From: Octopus bimaculoides
Taxonomy: Eukaryota
Assembly: GCF_001194135.2 (NCBI RefSeq)
Contig: NC_068998.1
Span: 28,821,640 to 28,861,839 of the forward strand
Length of the DNA: 40,200 nt
Direction of reading: 5' to 3'
This document shows, piece after piece, positions 21,409 through 32,388 of this stretch (position 1 is the first letter of the stretch; every line of letters starts with the position of its first letter). A program made the translations under genes and the position numbers. Under the pieces are notes generated by a model, which saw nothing but the letters and a program-made list of their open reading frames with translations, was not told the DNA's origin and searched no databases.

Positions 21409-23977
21409 CACTGAATCGCAAAAGAAGCATAATTTTTTCAAATGTCATTTTTATATGGTAAATTCTGAAAATTTATTTTGGGATGTAAGTGTAAATATTC
21501 CAAGACATAATGGTTTATGGTTGAGACTCAAATTGCAGGTAACCTTTCAACTTTCCCTGAAATGAGACACCAAAACACAGACATGTTGAATGCTGTGGGT
21601 GGCAGTTGTAAACAATTGTCATGAAAACTGAAATGCAAGTGCATCTCGTGGAGGTTGTAGCATACACTCGAGTGAAATTCCTCTTTCCTCTTTATCATAT
21701 ATACATGCATTTGAACATAGCAGATAACTGCTAGCCTTTGGTTGCTATTTGAACCCTGTTGTGTCCACTACTTTGATTGGTTGGTATTGGTGCAATTTGT
21801 CTCTCACTCTGTTGCGCCAATTTGCAGCATATAACCAATCGGAGCTGCTAAATAAAACCACATGAGACAGCCTGTTCTCAACCCAGTTTTAAGCCTACAA
21901 CTCCTTATAAAAACCCAACTTCTCCTTGTCTCGAGGTCTTTGGTTTCAGACCTTTTAAGGTCTAGCCACTGACCACACAAGACAGCCAGTTCCAGCAACA
22001 ACACAACAGCAGTCACGTTGAGACTTACCAACTTTGTCAGCAGCACAACAGCAATCTCTTTCTTCATCGCCACCATCATCTTCTTAATGTCATCAACATC
22101 GTCTCTGTACGTACTCAACTCAACAAGCAACTCGCCCAGGTTCCAACACTTCATTGTTCATGAATCAACACCATGGATCAACAGTGAATATTCAACCTGT
22201 GAGAACTCCTTTACTAAGTAATCCAGGCAGCAGCATTACAGCCACAACTTCATGTACAACATGCACCGCAACTGGCTCAGCATCACGGCCACAACTTCTT
22301 GATACAGTATTTCAACTACCGTGTACAATTGACTACAAACTGGTGTTCTCACTCTTGTGTCTGAACATTCTTCTAACTTCTCGTTATAGACTCTTTCACT
22401 GTCTTCTGCTTCATTGCTATTTTATATGTATTTAATGCACATGTATACATCCATGCCTATACACACATACATTTTGTTCTCATGATAGCCTGTCTATTAT
22501 TCTGTATACATGACGCACACTAACATATCAATAAATCTTCTCTTGAACATTCTACTAGGTTATGTCTCCCTTTTTCCCTCTGGTACATATATGTATTATT
22601 CCTTTTATATTTATTGCATCGACTGTGTGGTGTACCTGAGACTCATTCTCGTTACCTTACATCGCACAGTATTTACAAGGATTATGGGTATAAATTTCAA
22701 CTTGAACTACATTTCTGGCATTCGTAATTTGAACACATCAGGTATGACTCAATTGTCAGCAGCGCAGAGAGAACAAGCTATTGGCTGATGGCAAGCAGGA
22801 CATCATGCTCTGATTGTTTCAAAAGCTTACACTGTCCATGTCAGGACCATCTATCATCTGCAACAGCGATACAACAACACCAACAGCACTGCAGACTGTG
22901 CCCACAGAACCCCCTGGTGACCACGCCCATGCAGGACTGCTTCACCCACCTGCAACATCCCCATGATTGCTTCAGACTGGCTAGCATGAAAGCTCATAAG
23001 ACCGTTGACACTGGACAGTGACCCATCAGCGATGACATGCTATGACGTCAACTGGCCACCAACAACCTGCATTGCCGTCATCCTGCTCGAGAGCCTGTCC
23101 TCACCACCCACTACTGTCAGGTGGGCTACAGTGGGCTACACAGCACTGACATTGGTTGATAGTCTTCTCTGATGAGAGCTGGTACTGCTTTTCCACCTCG
23201 GATGGCAGAGTGAGGGGATGACGTAGGAGGGGTGAACGCTACAGAGGTGCATGTGAACGCTACAGAGGTGCAGAGATGTGTCGGGTGGCCAAAGCATCAT
23301 GGTTTGGGGTGCTATAGGCCTGAATCAGAGAACTGGGCCCCATGTGTTCCAAAATGTTAGTGCAAGCAGAGGGAATGGCATCACAGCGCAACGCTACGTT
23401 GAACAGATTCTAAGACCTCACATTGTGCCCTTCTTCATAAGTCACCATAGCCACGTGTTTTAGCAGGATAATACTCCCTCCCACATGGCCAGGGTCACCA
23501 TGGACTTCCTATGTCAGCACAACATCAGAACCATGCCGTGGCCGGCTCTCAACCTGGATTTGAACCCAATTGAATACCTGTGGGATGAAATCCAGAGACA
23601 GCTGAACTAGGTGGTTCCAAGGCTGACAACTTGTGTGGAACTGGAGGCAGCTTTCCTCAGGGTGTGAGCACAGGTACCACTGGCTTTTGTGAACTGCCTT
23701 ATGCACTCCATGTACCGACAGTGTATGGCCGTTCTGAACACCCAGGGAGGGCATACACGTATTGAACATGTCACACCCTACAATCTCAATGTGCTGGATC
23801 TGCCCATTACCAGGACACATGACAATGACCCATAGACTGTGGTCAAAGTGCATCCAAGAAATTAACTTTATCAGATTAACTTTATCAAAATTAACTTTAT
23901 CAAAATTTATCTCTGACATAATGAAATTAAAACATATTTCACAGTCACACATCTTGCATTTCTTTTGCGGTTCAGTG
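21409..23977 (+). mobile_element. Tc1 DD34E transposon, decayed, with a 1.2-kb insertion in its 5' untranslated region
   Basis: TIRs CACTGAATCGCAAAAGAA (21409, preceded by TA) and reverse complement CACTGAACCGCAAAAGAA (ending 23977), 17/18 identical. Transposase from ATG 22744 (MTQLSAAQREQAIG), then VFSDES, GQSIMVWGAI and *QDNTPSH...WPALNLDLNPIEYLWD (34-residue spacing). Stops and frameshifts present. Confidence 0.92.
21484..22661 (+). mobile_element. LTR-like insertion (1178 bp) inside the Tc1 element
   Basis: TGTAAG...CTTACA inverted ends. CCAAT boxes and TATAAAA near 21905. Removing it leaves a typical Tc1 length of about 1.39 kb. Flanks TGGGA/TCGCA match only 3/5. Confidence 0.4.
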
Positions 23978-24408
23978 AATTTTATGTTGGAACTAATCCA
24001 CCAAAGGAAATTTGTCTACATTTTGAAGCTATTTCTATTAGCTTCCCTTTTTTCTTTATTAGATATTTTCATGGTTCTACAGAAGATAAATTGTTATAAT
24101 TTTCTAGTTGGAGAAGTACCCACTTGTATGTGTTCTTTGTAAGAATATTTCATCACGTTTCTTTTCTGGTTCTCTCTCGGTATAAGTGAATCCATATTGT
24201 TTTGGATATCCCAGTATGACCTTCCTGCATACTCTGGCATACTTCACCACAAGCCCATCTTTTTCATCTTGTTAAAAAATCCTGGGGGCTTGTGTTATGC
24301 ATAACTTTTATTGTTAGTCTTTTATTACATTCTTCCTACCTTATCTACTGAACTTTTCTATAACAATCTTGTTTGCAGCCAATTTTGGATTCACCTCAGC
24401 TGTGAAAG

Positions 24409-24725
24409 TACGTGGCTCATTGGTTAGGGTATTTGGCTCACGATCGTAAGGTCATGAGTTCAATACCCAGTGGCATGTTGTGTCCTTGAGCAAGATACTT
24501 TATTTCACATTGCTCCAGTCCACTCAGCTGGGGCAAAAATATGTTTATCTGCAATTCAAAGGGCAGGCCTTGTCACATTCTGTGTCACACTGAATCTCCC
24601 AGAGAACTAAGTTAAGGGGGTGCATGTCAGTGCACCTCAACCACTTGCACGTTAATTTCACAAGTGGGTTGTGCTGTTCATCAGATCAACTGGAACACTC
24701 ATTGTTGTAACTGATGTAGCACCAG
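24409..24725 (+). mobile_element. tRNA-derived SINE with MetaSINE-like core
   Basis: ggctcattggttagggt (A box), gagttcaatacc (B box) and gttgtgtccttgagcaagatacttt...ttgctccagtccactcagctg core. Confidence 0.8.
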
Positions 24726-25318
24726 TTTCGCCCTAGCCTCATAAACATGGTTTGTATTAAATTATCCACTGCTATCCCCAACAATGTTTTCTATCTCACA
24801 AAACAATTCATGAGCACTCTGTGGAAGTCAGCTTCTGCAGAAGCATCTTCTAAACTTATCTCTTCCACTTGAAGTTCTTTTTTGGACTCCAGTAATTCTA
24901 GCTGAAATATATTAATTACTAATAAAGGAGGCATATTATTCATTTGAGATAGACTTCATGTAATTTTCTTTGTCTTCCTTTGTAGTGAAATTTAGTTTAT
25001 CTAATCCCATCGAGTCAACCACCTGGTTTTCAGAAATTGAATATTGCCAATGGTTAGTTAATTAATATACCAACTCACTGTTGTCCTTTAAATCATATAT
25101 TTCACGGACTACAGTTTATCTGTTCTGCTCTTTTAAGAATACAAATTTCTCAGAAACATAAACAATTAAACAATATCTGGGACTATGTTATTACTTACAG
25201 TTTTCAAGAGAAATTGTGATGAAAATTACCACCTAATAACTTATTAATTCTAATGTTAAAACCCCTTGTTTGACTTTCTAAAACACAGAGACATGTTAAT
25301 AAATTATAATGTGCTCAG

Positions 25319-25439
25319 AGAACAGCAAGAAACAAAACGATGACGTCCATATGCATTCTAAAAATATTCCAGCAGATTTATGCATGAATATGCTAAGCAG
25401 TGTTGTATTTCACCTTTGGAGAGCAACTTCTCCTTTCAG
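25319..25439 (+). CDS. Candidate internal exon (121 nt, phase 1 to phase 2): xNSKKQNDDVHMHSKNIPADLCMNMLSSVVFHLWRATSPF(R)
   Basis: Strong donor CAG|gtaatg, modest acceptor gtgctcag|, and a single open frame across the interval. Protein not recognised. Confidence 0.4.
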
Positions 25440-25582
25440 GTAATGTGTATCTACAATGCACTCAACTGATTGACATGAGGGAACTTTGAGATAGACACCA
25501 GTGTTTTGACCTTGTCATGCCTTTTCAATGAACCTAAGCAAGATTGATGGTCTTAGTTTATAGAATGAATATGCTAATCATG

Positions 25583-25625
25583 TTGACTGAAGAAACACAC
25601 TCAAGTTGAAACAATAGTGTCTCAA
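25583..25625 (+). ncRNA. Canonical minimal type I hammerhead ribozyme motif
   Basis: TTGA | CTGAAGA | AAC acactcaa GTT | GAA | ACA atag TGT | C | TCAA. All core nucleotides are present, there are three Watson-Crick stems (4, 3 and 3 bp) and a GUC triplet with predicted cleavage after C25621. Confidence 0.75.
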
Positions 25626-26726
25626 AGTCCTTCTCAATGAACTGTGTTGTAAACACACATTGTCTGAAAAGAAATGTTCTCTGAAGTCAAAATACAACAG
25701 TGATTACCATAGTCACATTGTTTATTTTCATATTTTCTTATTTAGTTTGTTTTCCTTCTATAGATTTAAAGATCAATTTAATAAAATTTAACAAAATATT
25801 ATGAACAAATTTAGAAAATGAGACAAAGTAAATATCATTAAGAAAATATCACTAAAATAGTGACAACTATATTTTGTTATATAACAATACACATAATGTG
25901 GGTCTTTAAGGAAAAACTATAGAAACAGAATTAAGATTGAAACATAAAACATCAACTTGAAAATTTAAACTGATAGTTATTTTGTAATTGGTTTTACAAA
26001 TATTCAAATACAACTATTGGAAATAGATAAAGGAAAAAACACTCTCCAAAAGGGTGCATTACAAATTAGCTAACATTTATAGATTTTGTTATCAACAGGA
26101 AAAGAAAAACTGTTCCATTTATAAAACTAATTTGAAAGAATATTTTCAAATTAATGACTTTCCTTCAAAATCTTAAATATAAGCAAATATTTTTTTAAAT
26201 ACCTGAAAACTAAATATTTTGCAGTAGATTTATTGTATGCAAGAGACTGAAGGCTTCAAGTAGTGATTAGTCTAAAGAATCTATGATAAGAAAAATCAAA
26301 GAATTGATAATTAGTTATTATTACAGGTTGTAAGAAATGTTTATTAAAAACATTTTGAAATATTTAATCTTTTACCATTTTACAGAAATGTTAGTACCAT
26401 ACAAATAAGCATCACAAAGAACTTGATCAAAACCTCTATTTATATTTTAATCCTCATATGTGGTTATATTTCGTTTCAAAACTTATATATAACAAATGAA
26501 TTGGCCTCAAGAAGTGAATTCTTGTTAAAATAAAGATTTGTTCAGTGATTTATTTATCATGTACTTTTTCATTCAATCTTCAACCTTTAAGGAAGCAGAA
26601 TTTAGCAAAATACTACTTGCAGAAACATTACTTCCATAATATAACTATTGTCATTCATTGTCTTTTTTGTGCCAGATCATGTTTTATTCTACACACTCAT
26701 CAACAGCCAGTGACAAATAACTTTAA

Positions 26727-26767
<41 letters not shown>

Positions 26768-27059
26768 GCGTGCATGTGTGCATGCGTGCACACGTGTGTG
26801 TGTGTATGTGTGAGTGAGTGCGCATGCATGTGAGCGTATGTAATGTTGTAATTTACATTTTACCTTCAAAAGCTATATGTATATGATCAGTGTTGTGACA
26901 TTCCACTTCTCATAGGTACTGAATGAGGTGCTGTGATTGTGCAGACATTTCTTGAGTGGATCTTCCATCATTGCATTTCAGATTAGATTCTTTATTTGGC
27001 TCTGTGAACCTGACTTCTAGTACATACACAGGAACATCAGGGTTACTGTGATTATTGAG

Positions 27060-27520
27060 TGGGCATATGCTATTATCTCTACAGGAGTAACCTTAGATGG
27101 TCTTGTGTGAAAAGAGCTGCTTCATGTTGTTTCATGTAATTGAAGGAAACCTAAAATGTGTACCTAAGAGTGGGGTAAAATGTTTGCAAACAAGTTAAAG
27201 GGAAGCTTTACCTATGCTGGACTTAAGCTTGAAATAGAAAGAGGTTGTAAATCAGATGACTTTACAATACTTTTGCCTTTGGAGGCTATGTGTGTAAGTA
27301 ATCATCTTGTTGAAACTGTTTGTAGCTAGGATGTTGTTGTAATAGAGACTCCTCTATTAAATATCTCCTTACTAGAGGAGAGATGTGATATCTACTTACT
27401 CCTTTAGCTGTGTTAAAGAAGTAAGTAGAAGTATCTCAGATCCGTCTGCTTTTGCAGAGACCATTCCAGATGTGAGAAGGCACATCTGATGGCTGTAAGC
27501 CCATTGAAATTTATGTGAAA
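27060..27520 (-). mobile_element. Possible ancient CR1/Jockey-like LINE RT C-terminal remnant
   Basis: Only scattered motifs SHIWNGL, LQPLS and SFHTR on the minus strand. Weak. Confidence 0.25.
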
Positions 27521-27557
27521 CTGTGAGTTATTTTACCTGCTTTGTTCATTTAATTGT

Positions 27558-27661
<104 letters not shown>

Positions 27662-27699
27662 TGTATATAATTATGTGGTAAGGTTTAAACTAGTAGAAT

Positions 27700-28632
27700 A
27701 GCATTCAGTCAGTTAAGAGAGTAAAGATAATGTTATAAAGATAATGAAAAATACAAGTCTTGTGAAAGACAGCTGCCTAGGATTTCCTAGCCAAAACATT
27801 AATTTATTTTGCTATTTTTCAAGTTTGTTGCTTTTTAAGCAGATGACATTTGAACAAGAAACACTCATAAGGAAAAAGATAGAAAGAAAAACAGGGGAGA
27901 ATTAACAACATTACAAGAACAAATGTCAAAATGTCGAAATGGCTAAACAAGATGTTAGTGGTTTATGATGTGTCCGGTGGCCTAATTTTAAACAATTCTG
28001 CCATGATATTTTCTTTAAATGTGGGCATAAAGAAAAACTTTCATTCCTGGAATACATAGTTGTTGGAGGCAGTTAAGTTCTTTAAGAGATATAGTTTCTC
28101 AAGAGAACATATTGAACATGTTTTTGACCCATTAATACAGGATTTGGCTTTGGAAAGGATTTTCCACTTGATGTCATAGTTTGTCCCTTCAGATTTCAGT
28201 TTCCTGGTTAAAACTGGAAGAGTACTTGAATGTCTCTTATCATGATGCCTGAAAGTTGAAAGATGTTTGTTATATTTGGATTTAACTTTTCCTTTTACAT
28301 CTCCAATATAATGCTTGATTTTCATCATTCAGTTGTTGTCATAGTTTATTGATCCTGTGCTTTATAAACAATTGAGAATATACTGTATTTCTGCCCTAGA
28401 GGACATTTAGATTTGTCTCTACATGTGCATCCAGGGCAGGCTTGAGTCAGTGGTTGCTTATTGATATATGTCTTAACATTAGGAGGACAAGGAAAGGTAA
28501 TTTTAATTGTGTGTCTGTTAAAGATTTTATTGCATCTCTGGGTTCTAAGAAGGTAAATATCTACTAAGTGTAAGAATCTTCTACCTACATTTGTCCTAAC
28601 ATAAAGGAAGGGGCAGGATTTTTATTGTAACA
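27700..28632 (-). mobile_element. Penelope-like retroelement 3' fragment: linker plus GIY-YIG endonuclease (pseudogene)
   Basis: TNVGRRFLHLVD...KIF.RHTIKITFPC, CTCRDKSKCP...SIVYKA, HYIG..KGKVKSKYNKHLSTF...IKWKILSKAK...GSKTCSICSLEK...CPH. Flanked by microsatellites on both sides. Confidence 0.85.
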
Positions 28633-28634
28633 GC

Positions 28635-28735
28635 ATGTATGTGTGTGTTTATGTATGTGTGTGTGTGTTTATGTATGTGTGTGTGTGTTTATGTATGTGT
28701 GTGTGTGTTTATGTATGTGTGTCCATGTATGTATC
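28635..28735. repeat. TATG(TG)n compound microsatellite with a period of about 16 bp
   Basis: Read directly from the sequence. Confidence 0.85.
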
Positions 28736-30840
28736 AACCTGCATGATTTGTACATTTCTATCAAAATCTTACTCTTTACTAACAATTAAAATTTATTTTA
28801 TGTATTTTCTAATGATAATATTACAAGAGCTGTAAGTCAGAAATATACTGATATTTTATAAATGAATGTGCTTTGTGTCTTAATTTTAGAAAGTTGATAA
28901 ATCCTTTTCTGTTTCTTAGTTAAAAAATAGGCTTCAGTCAGTAGCATGGACATGGGTAAATGAAGAGTTTTGTGAATAAAGCTTAGAGAAGAAATGAAAT
29001 TCTTATGTTGATAACATTTGGATTTTTATCATCATAAATGAGAGAGGTAGAAAAATGCTAAGGTAAAGTTTGATATTAATTCTGAGTGCTATCTAAAAAA
29101 AATGCATGAAAAGACAAAGCTTTTTGCTTGTGCTTCTTGAAATCTGCCAATCAAAATGGATGCTAAGGATATCAGTTTCAAAGGAAAATGGACTTGCATA
29201 TAATACCTAGTGTAATATCTTTTTAGACTTCACAAGATGTTTTTTGATTTTAGATATTATTGTAATATTTAAAGCACACATTTACAAATACTTCCACACA
29301 CATAGTCAAGCATTGACATGTATGTGTGTTTGAGTTTATATGACTGTAGCAATTCCTTTTATCATTGGTGGTTTCAGCTTATATTCAGATAGCTGGTAAG
29401 TGATAGTTTCAGGCTGATATTCTTTCTGCAGTACAATAGATTGATTGATCTAGCTATTAGTGTTTGCTCTGTTTATGTTTTATTTTAATATTCCTACATT
29501 TATGTTATTATTCTTAACTCTTGGTTTCAATCTCCTTTCTCACATGTCTCTGTTGTATCCATGATACTTTTGTTGCTGTTTGCAAATCACTGTGCTGTTA
29601 TCCTCTTGTAACTCCACTACCAGTGAGGTATTGTTCCTCTAAGTGGAAACCCGCTATATCCTACTGCCACTGAAAATACTGTACACAGTCACACTCATAC
29701 CTGTTCCATATTTTATGGAAATAATTTCATGTGACTATATTATAATACCTTTCAAAGTATCATCAACTCAGCAATCACAACATTTTTGTAACAGTGGCAT
29801 GTCTTTAATATTTACAAGAAGCACATGAAACATATCGTGTTCCTAGTAACCCAAATGTTTGCAGTATGTTGTCCTTATAGAATGTACTGAAGATATACTC
29901 AACACCACACATCAACAATAGTTCTGTTTGTGATATAGTGCTCAATCCCCAAATTTAATACTTATTATCTTTGTTTTTTCTATAAGATGATTTCTCATGA
30001 AAATGGTGTACAATATGCTTTTCCCTCCAGTCAGTATTTCATGGTAGGCCTGGAGTGACTTTGTTGATTATCTTCAGTGTATAGGTTGTGAATTCTCTAT
30101 TTATGAAGCATGTTCTGGCAGCATGCATATCATCTCCTGCAGACTATGTCTAGTGGTATGACCAAGTCTTGAATGTCCTTACTGATGTGCTAAAACAGTA
30201 ATGTATCATTATCAATGCAATGACAATCAACACCAAATTGCAGCATATTGTTTTCTACAAAATGGATGAAGAAAAGTAATGTAGAAGTACAAGCAAAGAG
30301 AAAGGCTCAAATTTCTGAATGTTGCTAATGATTGAATGATACAGGTTATCTGGAGGAAGCATTTGTGTTTCAGAGTCATAAAGGCAATAAGTAATGTCTG
30401 ACTTTATGGCATAGTCTCATTGGCAAAAATGTTCTCCTTATTGAGTTGGTGGTGGTGATGGTGTGGGGGGGGGGTCTTAGGAAATAATAAAGAACAGACA
30501 CATAAAAAGAATTGTCTGAAATAATTATGACTTGAAGAGTTAGTTAAAGCACAAAGATGGCTGTGTAGGTTACTTACAGTGGAGGTGGGATGTTATGAAT
30601 TTCTAATTAGATGAACAAGGTCCAACTGAGTAGGAAGTGATTTGCAAATGACAAAATGATGCAGGAAATGCTTCATCATAGATATAGCAGAGGCATGTGA
30701 GGGAAAAGATGGAAGCTAAGAGTTAAGAAGAAATTCAAAGCAAGTAATGGCACAAAATTGATATATTGTAAGGATGGCTTACATGTGTTAATGACGATTT
30801 TAATAAATTCACTCCCCCACACACATATGCACACATGCGC

Positions 30841-30876
<36 letters not shown>

Positions 30877-31289
30877 AAGCAGGAATACCAATTCAAAGTT
30901 TTAAAAAACACAATTTTGATACCTAAAAGGCACTAAAAAAACTACTTAAATAAAAGTGAAAAGTACCAAAAATATAACTCCAGTGCCAAAAACACATAAA
31001 TAGGTGTAAATATTAAAAAAATTCAATTCTAATTGAAATAAAATTAACACCCATCTATCTATCTTCTCTACCAGCTATTCTTGCAAGGGTTGTAGGGATA
31101 GAGTCCTTAAGCCCCTTCTGTCAAAAGCAACTGTCAGTTAAATTTCTAGTTGGATTCCCAAATGTGAGTAACTGCAGCCATGGATATTATCTGACCTTCT
31201 CATACTTGGTTGGCTTGGCTTGAAGATTCCAATCTTGAAATTTCTTCCTGTGACATTCTAGTTTCATGTTCATAATACCAGAGCTGTGA

Positions 31290-31655
31290 CCTCTCAGTAT
31301 AGAGAAGTAGCAGCTTGACCTGGGAAAGACATGCTATAGCAGGTTTTTGCAGGAGTTTAAGATTGATGGGCAACTTCTGGTTGCCATATACTCCCCTATA
31401 TGAATGCCCAGATGTTAATGTTCAAATAAGTGGTGCTATGTGGAAACCTTGTAACTGGGTGTTGGACTTAGGCAGAGGTATGTATTATCACCTCATCTTT
31501 TCATGTGCAGCCAGTGCAGAAAAGGTGTTACAATTGGTGGGTGTAGAAACAGTTAGCTGATATTTGCAGATAACGTCATGCTGCTTGACTAATCAGAAGA
31601 TGATTTCCAACATGACCTGAATGGGTTTGCTGTTGAGTGCTGCAAAGCAGGGACA
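31290..31655 (+). mobile_element. Degenerate RTE-like RT fragment
   Basis: EFKIDGQLLVAIY, GVGLRQRYVLSPHLF, GVTIGGCR and LIFADNVMLLD*SEDDFQHDLNGFAVEC. Confidence 0.7.
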
Positions 31656-32093
31656 AAAGATTAACGTTTATTTTTACTCCATAATATTTTTTCAAATGTC
31701 TCAATCATTTTCATTTGATGTAGAAGCTGCAGTTCCACATGATTTAAAAGTATCTATGGATCTAATTTTCTTTATGCCCAAGAGTTTATAATCATAATAG
31801 CATGATGTTCAAAATTTCACTTATTGTTTCTATGCTTAGATAGTTACATATATGTACAAAACTGTCCTGTTGGTGGCACATTGCACCGGAGACATAAAAA
31901 TGATTGAAACTGCACTGGTTGCCCTATGACTACACACATAAATCAGTTAATAGGTGACATAGGATGCTCCTAAGAAGGACTGTCACATGCCATGGAAGGT
32001 AGAAATGGCTGGAGGATCAGTCATACAAATCCAAACAAGCACAACTGGATGAAGGGGATTGATCTAGCTTGTTCCACATAAATATGTGTATGT

Positions 32094-32101
<8 letters not shown>

Positions 32102-32154
<53 letters not shown>

Positions 32155-32312
32155 ATGTGTGTGCATGTATGTGTGCGCGTGTGCGTGCTTTTGTGTGTGT
32201 GTACAACAACAGCAACAAATTAAAGCTATTTTCTTTGCTAATATGTGGTTACATGACAGGCTAATCGTACTCAATACATTTCTTTTTAAGTGCTAATGTT
32301 TAACAAGTGTAT

Positions 32313-32380
<68 letters not shown>

Positions 32381-32388
32381 ACACACAC
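32102..32388. repeat. Oppositely oriented (GT)n and (CA)n microsatellites
   Basis: (GT)n at about 32102-32200 and (CA)n at about 32315-32388. Confidence 0.9.

Noticed and set aside
23509-24142. ORFs 23509..23952 (-) and 23762..24142 (+)
   Set aside because: They are antisense or read-through of the Tc1 3' end and TIR.
24650-24690. CTGATGA-aca..tgt-GAAA on the minus strand inside a SINE
   Set aside because: No stem III/NUH or stem I.
29640-30150. Possible L1/Tx1-like remnant on the minus strand
   Set aside because: The motifs (KVTPGLP.N..WREKHIV, CASCK) are too fragmentary to support a call.
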